64,000 nucleotides of DNA, taken from positions 2,848,001 to 2,912,000 of the forward strand of contig CAVTBU010000005.1 of the NCBI GenBank assembly GCA_963733035.1, in the 5' to 3' direction. Position numbers and translations under genes: made by a program. Position 1 is the stretch's first letter. Each line of letters starts with the position of its first letter. The notes under the pieces are model-generated. The model was given only the letters and a program-made list of their open reading frames with translations, did no database searches and was not told where the DNA came from. This document shows positions 43,870-53,249 of this stretch, in pieces. This stretch comes from Pirellulales bacterium. GTDB lineage: Bacteria; Planctomycetota; Planctomycetia; Pirellulales; PALSA-1355.

Positions 43870-43885
43870 CGGCATGAAATTCGCT
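43870..43885 (+). promoter_or_regulatory. Probable sigma54 promoter for the BON-domain gene
   Basis: CGGCAT-GAAAT-TCGCT (GG-N10-GC); CGCAC half-sites 20 bp apart upstream (43792, 43812). Confidence 0.55.
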
Positions 43886-43899
43886 AGATGGTGGGCGTC

Positions 43900-44247
43900 A
43901 TGTCGACAAGCCGCCCTCGCACCCGACAGGATTCGAAAATGATTGCACCCCGCTATGCGTGCCAGCGCCAGTTTGTATCCGATCGCGACCGCGAATTGTA
44001 TGCCGCAGCCACCGAGGTGCTCGCCATGAGCAAGTACACGGCGCTACGGCAACTGACATGTCGGGTGCAGGGGGGCATGGTAGAAATTTCGGGTACCGTT
44101 GCAACTTTTTACTTGAAGCAGTTGGCCCAGGCGGCCATGTTGCGACTTCGGCCGGAGGGCAGAGTACGGAATCTGGTGGAAGTGACGGGTGAGCCATGGG
44201 CTGTCGTGGCGACCAGTTGCGCGCCAGCCCCGGCCTCGGCGGGATAA
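43900..44247 (+). CDS. Small BON-domain-like protein
   Basis: GMVEISGTVATFYLKQLAQ...VRNLVEV; start uncertain (43888/43900/43939). Confidence 0.7.
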   Translation: MSTSRPRTRQDSKMIAPRYACQRQFVSDRDRELYAAATEVLAMSKYTALRQLTCRVQGGMVEISGTVATFYLKQLAQAAMLRLRPEGRVRNLVEVTGEPWAVVATSCAPAPASAG

Positions 44248-44299
44248 GGCAGAGAAAATACAATTTAGAACGTCTACGGCCGCCGGGTCTAACGATCTG

Positions 44300-44330
44300 C
44301 CGCCGTTTTCGTTTTCCAGACGGCGGGTTT
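44300..44330. terminator. Possible hairpin between convergent genes
   Basis: CCGCCGT-N13-ACGGCGG followed by GTTT. Confidence 0.25.
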
Positions 44331-44355
44331 GAGTGTGTCGATGCGGCGACAAGCC

Positions 44356-45271
44356 CTAACCGACTTGCGGCACAACCAGCACGGAACACGGGGCATGATT
44401 GAGGACCGCTTCGGTCGTGCCGCCGAGCAGCGTGGTGGTCAGCCAGTTTTTGTGATGGACGCCCACGACGACCACGTCGATGTTCTCCTTGGCGACGGTT
44501 TCGAGGACAGCCTTGGCCGGTTCCCCTTCGGTCACCACCGGACTGCAGTGTTCGCATACGCCGGGCAGCTTTTTTGAAAACTCGCTCATTTGGTCTCGCA
44601 CGGCTTGCAGTTCCTGGTCGTGTTCCCGAGCCCAGGCCTGCACCAACTCCTCGACATCAGGGCTGCGGGCCTGTTGCTGAAGCCAGTCGGGCACCTTGCC
44701 GGCAAACATCGAGGGAACCACCGTCAGCGTATGGCAGGTGGAGCTTTCGGGCCACGAAAAGGCGCTAAGAACTTCAGCCTGGCGACATCCCTTCTCCGGG
44801 TTTTCGCACGCCACGAGTACATTTGCGCCGGGATGCCCCAGGTTCTTCTTGCCGGCCCTGGCGACCCAAACCGGAACTTTTGCAGCGTGCACCACAGCCC
44901 GCGAAACGCTTCCCAGGAGCATGCGTTCGAGCGTACCCAGTCCGCGGGCGCCGACGACGATCAACTCCGCGCCCCACTCGTCGGCCGCCGTGACGATGCC
45001 GTGCCGCGCGTCGTGGGACCCGGTGATTGTTTGCACGCCCGACCGCAGCGATTCGGGCAGCTGCTTGCGAGCCTCTTCGAACACGGCGTCGACCAATCCC
45101 TGCCGCGCTCGAGTGATCACCTCGCTACTGGCCGTAGTGACCAATGACGAAGTGTCGGGCGGTGCGCAGGTAGAAAGCTAGCTCATCGTGCTCGGCATTT
45201 AAGAGTTGCCCCACTTGGGCAACCGCATCAAAGCAGCCGGACGATCCGTCGACGGCAAACAGCACTTTCAT
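44356..45271 (-). CDS. Tandem-domain universal stress protein (apparent frameshift near 45170)
   Basis: MKVLFAVDGS from ATG 45271 joins the ORF 44356-45144; VVGARG...LLGSVS and VVGVH...LLGGTT. Confidence 0.88.
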
Positions 45272-45320
45272 TGCACTCAATCTCCCAAACGAACGGGCTG
45301 CACGACCGCCAGCGCCGCGG

Positions 45321-45725
45321 CTACTTCAGGTCCAAGCTGGCCATGCGGACGTCGCGCACGTATTTGTGGCACTCGACGCAACGCAATGTAACGAGATTGA
45401 AGGCCTTCGTCGCCGCGTCGAGGTTCTTTTTCTTAGCCGCGTCTGCGAGCGCGTCAGAAGCAGTGCGGAACTTCTTGCTGTACTCGATGTATTGCGGCGT
45501 CTGCAAAACCTGCCAGGTTTCGGCCAGGCTGAGCAGGCTCATATCCTGGGCATTTTTGGCGATCTTGTCGAAGTCGCCGGACACCAGGCCTTCGATGACG
45601 TTTTGCGAGTGATGGAGTTTCACTTCCATGAAGTCGCTTAGGTCTCCCTTTTGTTTCGCATCGCTGGTGGAAATGGCGACCATGCATGCAACCGCCAAGA
45701 TGCTTCCCGTGGCTACTCGTTTCAT
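45321..45725 (-). CDS. Periplasmic cytochrome c'-like monoheme protein (paralog of 25010)
   Basis: Signal peptide; FMEVKL...EGL...DFDKIAK; C-terminal CVECH. Confidence 0.75.
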   Translation of the reverse strand: MKRVATGSILAVACMVAISTSDAKQKGDLSDFMEVKLHHSQNVIEGLVSGDFDKIAKNAQDMSLLSLAETWQVLQTPQYIEYSKKFRTASDALADAAKKKNLDAATKAFNLVTLRCVECHKYVRDVRMASLDLK

Positions 45726-45791
45726 CGATCCGCTCCCATGGATTTGATCGCGGTGTTGAGACCGCGTCTGAACTGCGATTGAAAACTCGGT

Positions 45792-46229
45792 TTACTCGGG
45801 GGCATGCGTGGCATGCTTGACCGTCAACACGGGGCACTTCGCATAGCGCATCACCGACTCCGCCACACTCCCCATCAGCACGCGCATCAAGCCCGTGCGA
45901 CCATGCGTGCCGATGACGATCAGGTCGGCCTTCTCATCTTCGGCAACACGAACGATATCCTCGGCGGCGGCGCCCATCACCAGCCGATGTTCGAACTTGA
46001 CATTCTTATCGGGGGGCACGACGGCGTCGAGCATTTTTCGCACTTCGGGATTGGGATACTCGGGCTGCGCGAAATACATCTCCCCGCCGGCATAAGGCAT
46101 CGGCATTTCCTCGACGTGGGCAATCACCAAAACCGCGCCAGAATCGCGGGCCAGGGCCGTGGCGTACTCCAGAGCGCTTTCGCTGGCCGGAGAGAAGTCC
46201 GTCGCGAAAAGGATTTTTTGGTAGTGCAT
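45792..46229 (-). CDS. Universal stress protein
   Basis: ILFATDFS, GTHGRTG...MGSVAESV. Confidence 0.93.
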   Translation of the reverse strand: MHYQKILFATDFSPASESALEYATALARDSGAVLVIAHVEEMPMPYAGGEMYFAQPEYPNPEVRKMLDAVVPPDKNVKFEHRLVMGAAAEDIVRVAEDEKADLIVIGTHGRTGLMRVLMGSVAESVMRYAKCPVLTVKHATHAPE

Positions 46230-46327
46230 CGCTTCGTACCTTTATGACTGAATTGGTTATCTACCCGACAGGTCGAAGAACTCTCAGACGGTTATGGCTT
46301 GCGCGGATCGACTACCCCTCGAAGTGA

Positions 46328-46343
46328 AGCAAACTCAGTGCCA
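46328..46343 (-). promoter_or_regulatory. sigma54 promoter for usp-cytochrome-usp operon
   Basis: Consensus-perfect TGGCAC-TGAGT-TTGCT on the minus strand. Confidence 0.82.
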
Positions 46344-46544
46344 TGGCCAAGCGGCCAACGCAACATTCGCGTCGCCGCGCTGGGTCCGCGACCTCGGCAG
46401 TCGTCAGCGCCTGAGGCACATTTACCGGGCGGCAGTCCAAATCTATCGCGCAATCGGCGTTTTTCGTGCGTAAATCCCTCACTACGAAGAGAATTCGGAT
46501 TCACCGTTGGCGGTGTTTGATCATCCATAGTGAAGTATACTCGA

Positions 46545-46581
46545 TATGTGCGTATTCGCACATACGGGCACATTTCCGCAC
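46545..46581. promoter_or_regulatory. Palindromic candidate enhancer (UAS) with second half-site
   Basis: Perfect TATGTGCG-TATT-CGCACATA (46545-46564); second CGCAC 20 bp downstream (46577-46581). Confidence 0.6.
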
Positions 46582-46672
46582 GGGCGGGGGGCGCCCGGGG
46601 TTCGATTGCCTTCGGGGAAACTCGCCGGGAAATCACGGCACTTTCCTGCGTTCGGGTCCTCGGGGTCGTTCT

Positions 46673-46688
46673 CGGCACGGAGGTTGCG
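46673..46688 (+). promoter_or_regulatory. sigma54 promoter for the NtrC-family regulator
   Basis: CGGCAC-GGAGG-TTGCG. Confidence 0.68.
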
Positions 46689-46728
46689 AAGCAGTGTGTT
46701 CACCCACTTTCAGCGCGCGAGTTTCGCC

Positions 46729-48127
46729 ATGAATTACGATCCCAAGAAGATTGATCTGATGCTCGTCGACGACGATGCTGACTTCCGCGAGACGGTTGCG
46801 CGGCGATTCATGCGGCGCGGCTTTCAGGTGCAAGAAGCGACGCACGGCGAGCAGGCATTGCAATTGGCCGATTTGCGCCAATTCGACGTCGTCGTGCTCG
46901 ATATGGTGATGCCCGGCATGTCGGGGATTCAGGTTCTTGAGCAGCTCAAGCTCAAGCACCCCGAGTGCGAGGTGATTTTGCTCACCGGCCAAGGCACGAT
47001 CGAAACGGCCGTCCAGGCGATGAAGCTGGGAGCATACGACTTTTTAACGAAGCCGTTTCCGTTGGCCGAACTGGAAGTCCTCATCGAAAAGGCCTACGAA
47101 CGCCGGCAACTCCGCAAGGAGAACGTGCAGCTCAAGGCCGTGCTCAAGCGCGAACAGGCGACGCCCGAGATTATTGGGAAGTCGGGGGCGATGCAGGAGG
47201 TCTTTCGGTTGATCGAGCGCGGGACCGACGGAAAAGTCGATCTTGATTCAGGGTGAAAGCGGCACTGGCAAGGAGCTGGTGGCCAAGGCTCTGCAGCGCG
47301 CCAGCAATCGGGCCGATAAACCGATGGTCACGATCAATTGCGCCGCGCTGCCTGAAACGCTGCTTGAAAGTGAGCTATTTGGGCATGAGAAGGGGGCGTT
47401 TACCGGCGCGATTGCCACCAAACCAGGTCTCTTTGAAGTGGCCGACGGCGGCACGCTGTTTATTGATGAAATCGGCGAATTGGCCGGCCCGCTGCAGGCG
47501 AAGTTATTGCGCGTGCTGGAAGACGGTTCGATGCGGCGCATCGGGTCGCTCAAAGAGCGGCGCGTCGACGTGCGATTGCTCGCGGCGACAAATCGTGACA
47601 TGGACCAGGAAGTGGCCGAAGGGCGGTTTCGCGAGGACTTGTACTACCGAATCAATGTGATGTCGCTGCAATTGCCTCCGCTGCGCGAACGACACGGCGA
47701 CATTCCCCTGATCGTGCGGCACATTTTGGGCGACGAATGGACCGTGACGTCCGACGCCCTGCGGGCACTTGAGTCTTATCATTGGCCCGGCAACGTGCGG
47801 CAATTGATGAACGCCATCGAGCGCGCGCAGATCATGGCGGACGGCAAGTGCATCGACATCGACGCGCTTCCGCGTGAAATTTCGGCCGGAAAATGCCCAA
47901 GCGCGCAGCGGACCGAAGCCCATCGTCCGGACGGAGAGTTCCTGGCCGACATCCAGCGGGCGCACATCATCGAGGTGCTCAAACGCGAACGCGGCAACAA
48001 AGCTCGGACCGCTCGGGCGCTGGGCGTTAATCGTCGTAGCCTATACCGGCTGCTCGAAAAATATCAGATCGAGCTGCCGTCCGAAAATGAGGGCGGGCAC
48101 GTGACGGCCATGGCGACGAAGTCCTAG
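46729..48127 (+). CDS. sigma54-dependent NtrC-family response regulator (REC-AAA+-Fis HTH; apparent frameshift near 47219)
   Basis: [53 protein letters not shown]. Confidence 0.93.
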
Positions 48128-48384
48128 AGAACTTGCCTGGCCGGGCAACGAACTTGGCAGTTCGTAACGCCCGCCGTTCAAAGCGAGAGCCCCGGTTTAC
48201 GCGAAGGCACCGGCGGCTATTCCGAGTTGCGTGGCCGCACATGTGACGTGCGGCTGTGTCAGGCCGACGCGCCCGTGGACGACGCAGCGGGGCGTTTTTC
48301 GCGTGCCACGCCTTGCGCAACAGGTTGCCGCACAAGCAATTAGGCGACCATCGTGGGTCGGTAGTGAGCAGCACATCTGGAGAG

Positions 48385-48400
48385 TGGCACGGTGGATGCA
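48385..48400 (+). promoter_or_regulatory. sigma54 promoter for small membrane protein
   Basis: TGGCAC-GGTGG-ATGCA; TTGCG-N4-CGCAC element at 48227-48240. Confidence 0.68.
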
Positions 48401-48448
48401 ATGGGTTTGAATGGTCCGTCGTTATTCCATTGAAGGGAGCAATTAGTC

Positions 48449-48676
48449 ATGGCAACCGTTGGCCCAACCCGCAGCAGTCTCGTCGATAAACTCACGTGGT
48501 ATAAGAGCACGGCTCGTCACAGCGTCTGGGATCGGTTTACGAAGGACGAGCAGGAACGGATGCTTGCCGACGATATGGCGGCCGGAACACGGGTGTCGAT
48601 CGAGTTGACAGCCTTGATCGCCACGGGGATGGTGCTTTGCATCGTAACTGTCTTGGCGGTCGTGTTGCTGCGGTAG
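48449..48676 (+). CDS. 75-aa protein with a single C-terminal TM helix
   Basis: AAGGGAG RBS, own sigma54-type promoter, fills the gap between regulator and kinase. Confidence 0.7.
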   Translation: MATVGPTRSSLVDKLTWYKSTARHSVWDRFTKDEQERMLADDMAAGTRVSIELTALIATGMVLCIVTVLAVVLLR

Positions 48677-48680
48677 ACAA

Positions 48681-49925
48681 CTAGCGTGTTCCGGCTCGTT
48701 TGAGCAGCACGAAGAACGAGCTGCCAGCGCCGACTTCCGATTCGACCCACACGCGACCCTGCTGCTGTTCGACCATGGTCTTGACGAAATAGAGACCCAG
48801 GCCCGAGCCGGGGATTTCGCGGTGGTTTGGAAGCCGGCGAAATGGGACGAAGACGCGGGCCAGTTCCTCGGAAGGAATGCCGGGCCCATTATCGGAAATG
48901 CTGAATACGCAATCGCCATCGCGAAGTTCGCAGTCAATTTCAATGCGGCCGTGGCGTTTGTCGCTGAACTTCACGGCATTCGACAGCAGGTTGTAGAACA
49001 CCTCGCGAATTCGGGTGCGATCGCCAAGTACCTTCGGCATGTCGTGGGCGACCGTCAATTCGATCTTCTTCTGTTTGACGAGTGGTCGCACTTGATCGAC
49101 AGCCTCGGCCATGACTTGGTTCATATCCACGATGTCCTGGGGAATGTCGGCATGAAGCGACATGGTCGAGTGCAGGAGTTCGTCGATGGTTGTGCTCATG
49201 CGAAAGGCCCGTTGACGTGCCGCTTCGATCAACTGAGAGGCTTCGCTGGGCATCTGGTCGCGGAATTCGTCGAGGGCTTCGTCGCACAGATTTGCCATGG
49301 TGGCTAGCGGTGTTTTCAGGTCGTGCGACGTTAGCTGGGCAAATTGCCGCAATTCGGCGTTGGCCTGATAAACCAGATCCAGCGCCTTGCGAAGACTTTG
49401 CGTGGCTTGGCTGAAATACGCTTCGAGCGTGAGCCCGATGTCGAGGAAAACCGCCTTCTGCAGCGATAGTAACTGATCGGCGCAGATCTTGGCCGGACCG
49501 TCTAAATGCGCCGAGAGCTCGCGCAAGCAGAATTGCAGATACTGGTTGTAGGCTCCCAAGAAGATTTGCGGGCTAATGCCGACTTGGGCATGTGCATCGC
49601 CGACACGGTAGCGGCGATCGATGTAATCGTCGTTCCATTCCGCCGCGAGCATCGACTCCAAATGCAACTGCTGTGCCAGTTTAAGTCGTTCGACGAGTTG
49701 CGGATCACGCAGGAATTGAGCCGTTTCCTCAAAGGCAAAGAGGTGCTTGTAGAACGATTCGACGAAATCGAGGCCGCGTGCGTTCAGCGCGGGGGCCAGC
49801 TCGCGGAGTCGCTCGCGGTCCGCTTCGGCGATATCGAGAAAGGCCAACTTGCGTGCCAGCGATTTGATTTGAGACGGGTGCGGCGACGCATCGTTGTTTA
49901 GCGACGTTTCGGACGGCGAGGTCAT
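48681..49925 (-). CDS. Globin-coupled sensor histidine kinase (protoglobin-HisKA-HATPase)
   Basis: FVESFYKHL (B10 Tyr), VGDAHAQVGI (proximal His), SHDLKTPL, NLLSNAVKF, DNGPGI, GSGLGL; no TM. Confidence 0.9.
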   Translation of the reverse strand: MTSPSETSLNNDASPHPSQIKSLARKLAFLDIAEADRERLRELAPALNARGLDFVESFYKHLFAFEETAQFLRDPQLVERLKLAQQLHLESMLAAEWNDDYIDRRYRVGDAHAQVGISPQIFLGAYNQYLQFCLRELSAHLDGPAKICADQLLSLQKAVFLDIGLTLEAYFSQATQSLRKALDLVYQANAELRQFAQLTSHDLKTPLATMANLCDEALDEFRDQMPSEASQLIEAARQRAFRMSTTIDELLHSTMSLHADIPQDIVDMNQVMAEAVDQVRPLVKQKKIELTVAHDMPKVLGDRTRIREVFYNLLSNAVKFSDKRHGRIEIDCELRDGDCVFSISDNGPGIPSEELARVFVPFRRLPNHREIPGSGLGLYFVKTMVEQQQGRVWVESEVGAGSSFFVLLKRAGTR

Positions 49926-50608
49926 TTGCAGGATACCCGTCAGTGCGGCTGGTTCCTCTTCGCGAGGGCAGGTAACGCTCGATGCCACACAGTTTATCGC
50001 GCCCGGTTGGCGCTTGTCTGCCCCCGAGTGGCAACAGGCGATCGGGTTCTGCGTGCCACGGGAGACAAATATCGTCACCACCAGTTGCGATCGCCGCGGG
50101 CGAACGCGGAGTCCGTTGATGAAAGGTGTCCAATACGATCAAGCCGTTGCGGCTAGTGCAGGAAGCCCGTCACTGGGCAGGGTCGAAATGGAAAATGTCG
50201 ACGCCGGAAAACCGCGGCACGCGCGGCCAGGTTGACGCATGGCACGAGACTTTCCGCGTCGAAAGTCAAACGGTAGCACGTCGACGTCAACGTATCGCAC
50301 GCCGGTCGCTGGTATTCGAATGAGCCCGATTGATCGCTTGAATCGGCAAAGCGCCAGCGGGCACACGACGCTTAACCTCAATCTGGCATTGGTCTTACTG
50401 CATTTCGTGCATATGCAAGGCATGGATCCCGCGTGCCACTGCTGGTTTAGGCGCTTGATTGCCAGTGCGTTCTCAAGGGAATCTGAATGTCCCCCGATGT
50501 TTGGAGCTGCGCCACCGCATCGCTAGAATGACCGTTACCCGCCTGTTTCCCCGCCCTGGCTCGCCCGCCGCGTCCAACGCATCAAAACCCTCCGAGTAAT
50601 CCCTGCCT

Positions 50609-53237
50609 ATGAGCCGCACGTTTTGGCTGATTATGCTCGGCTGTCTATCCGTCGCACCGCCTCTGCGGGCGGCCGATGACGAGCCGCTGACGTTCGAAAA
50701 GCACGTTCGCCCGATCTTCAAGGCGCATTGTTTTCGCTGCCACGGCGGCGAGGAAGAGGCGAAGGCCGGCCTCGATTTGCGTCTGCGCCGCTTGATGGCC
50801 GCCGGTGGCGAGTCGGGGCCGGCAATTGTGCCAGGTAACCAAGCCGAGAGCCTGTTGGTCGAGCGGCTGCGAAGCGGCGAAATGCCCCCCACCGACAAGA
50901 AACTCTCGCCGGAAGAGGTGGCCCTGATTGCCGCCTGGGTCGAATCCGGCGCAAAGACCGCTCGGGCCGAGCCGGATTCGGTTGACGAAGGTCCTGAGGT
51001 GACGGCCGAGGAGCGGGAGTTCTGGTCTTTTCGGCCGTTGCCCGCGGAAGTGCCGATCCCTGGCTTTGATTCGGCCGATCGGGTACGGACGCCGATCGAT
51101 GCGTTCTTGGTGCGGCGACTGCGAGCAAAGGAGCTCGCGTTTTCTCCAGACGCGGAAAAGGCAACGTTGTTGATTCGCGCGACGTTCGACCTGACGGGGC
51201 TGCCGCCGAGTCGCGAGGAGCTGGCGTACTTTCTAGCGGATACCGATCCGCAGGCCTATGAGAGGGCGATCGATCGGTTGCTCGACTCGCCGCACTATGG
51301 CGAGCGGTGGGGCCGATTCTGGCTGGACGTGGCTGGTTATGCGGATTCCGATGGCTATACGTCCGAGGATCGCGCGCGGCCATTCGCCTACAAATATCGT
51401 GACTATGTAATTCGCGCATTCAATGCCGACATGCCGCTTGACCGCTTCATCACCGAACAATTGGCGGGCGACGAACTCATCGAGGGCGACCTGAAAAATC
51501 TCACACCCGAGAACATTGAAAAGTTGGCGGCGACGGGATTCTTGCGAATGGCGGCGGACGGGACGGCAACCGGCGGCATCGATCAGGACCTGGCCCGCAA
51601 CCAGGTTTTGGCCGACACGATCAAGATTGTCAGCACGTCGCTGTTGGGGTTGAGCGTCGGCTGCGCAGTGTCACGACCATCGCTACGACCCGATTCCGCA
51701 GAAGGACTACTATCGTCTCAGGGCCGTATTCGAACCGGCGTACGACTGGAAGAATTGGCGCGTGCCCGACCAGCGACTCGTTTCGCTGTGGACCGATGCC
51801 GAGCGGGCAAAGGCGGCGGAAGTCGACGCTGAAGTGGCCGAGGTTCGCAAGGATCGAGACGCCAGGCAGGCGGCGTTTCTTGACGAAGCGCTCGAAATGG
51901 AGCTGGCCAAATTCCCAGAAGACCAGCGCGGGCCGCTGCGCGACGCATTCAAGACACCCGGCGACAAACGCTCCGAAGAGCAAACGAAGTTGTTGGATGC
52001 CAACCCCAGCGTTGGCCGGATCTCGGCGGGGGTCCTCTACCAATACAAGCCAGATGCCGCCGAGGAACTGAAGAAGATCGATGCCAAGATCGCGGAGATT
52101 GCGGCCAAGAAGCCCTTCCAGGACTTTATTCCCGTGCTCAACGAAGTGCCGGGACAGATTCCGCCCACGTTCCTGTTTCACCGCGGCGATCATCAGCAGC
52201 CGAAGGACGAAATTGCGCCCGGCGGTTTGACGGTGTGTTCGCCGCCGGGGGAACGACTGGAAATCGCGGCCAACGACCCGCAGTTGTCGACTTCGGGGCG
52301 CCGGCTAGCATTCGCGCGATGGCTCACGGGCCCAGACAATCCATTGACGGCTCGAGTTCTAGTCAATCGTGTGTGGCTCAATCATTTCGGCCGCGGCCTG
52401 GTGAATACGCCGGCTGATTTTGGCGCCATGGGCGAGTTGCCCTCGCATCCGAAGCTGCTCGACTGGCTGGCGCGCGACTTGATCAGGGGCGGCTGGAAGC
52501 TGAAACGCTTGCACAAGCTGATCATGACCTCGACCGCGTATCGTCAAAGCTCGGCGCGGACGCAGCAGGTGGCCGCGTTTGATCCGGACGATCGTTTGTA
52601 TGCACGGATGCCCGTGCGACGGCTCGACGCCGAGGCCGTTCGGGACCGCATCTTGGCCACCGCCGGTGTACTGACCCGCAAGATGTTCGGATCGGCCGTG
52701 CCGGTGAAGGAGGATGCGGTGGGTCAGATCGTGGTCGGCGTCGATGTGCCGGACGCGGGCGAGGCGCCTGCGGGAAACGAGGCGTTTCGTCGCAGTGTCT
52801 ATGTGCAAGTGCGTCGCAGTCAGCCGTTGGCAATGTTGCACGTATTTGACCAGCCGGTCATGGAGACGAACTGTGAGAGGCGCGCGGTATCGACAGTGGC
52901 CACGCAGGCACTGATGTTGATGAACAGCGATTTCGTGTTGCAGCAGGCCGGCTACTTCGCGAAGCGGATTCGGCAGGAAGTTGCCGGCGATCCGGCCAGG
53001 CAAGTCCAGACCGCGTGGCAATTGGCTTTCGGTCGGTCGCCCGAGCCGGCGGAAGCCGAACGGGCGCTCGCATTCTTGGCGGCCCAAACGGCGCCGAGCT
53101 CGACAGCAGCACCACCTGCCACGGCGGGTGCCAATCCTCCGCCGGCGACCGAGACAGCCACCACCACCGCGATCGACCCGCTCGTCAACCTGTGTCAAGT
53201 GCTACTGAGTACGAACGAGTTCCTGTACGTTGAGTAA
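50609..53237 (+). CDS. PSD1/planctomycete cytochrome c domain protein (DUF1549 + DUF1553; apparent frameshift near 51664)
   Basis: CFRCH, LLDSPHYGERWGRFWLD, GC(A)QCHDH across the shift, ARVLVNRVWLNHFGRG, PSHPKLLDWLA. Confidence 0.9.
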
Positions 53238-53249
53238 GAGGTCTTCAGC

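Noticed and set aside
42472..43887. 471-aa plus-strand ORF and similar long shadow ORFs across the window
   Set aside because: Antisense or off-frame to well-supported genes, no motifs; expected in high-GC DNA
53090..53172. Low-complexity Ala/Pro/Thr-coding stretch
   Set aside because: Simple linker inside the DUF1553 C-terminus, not a repeat array
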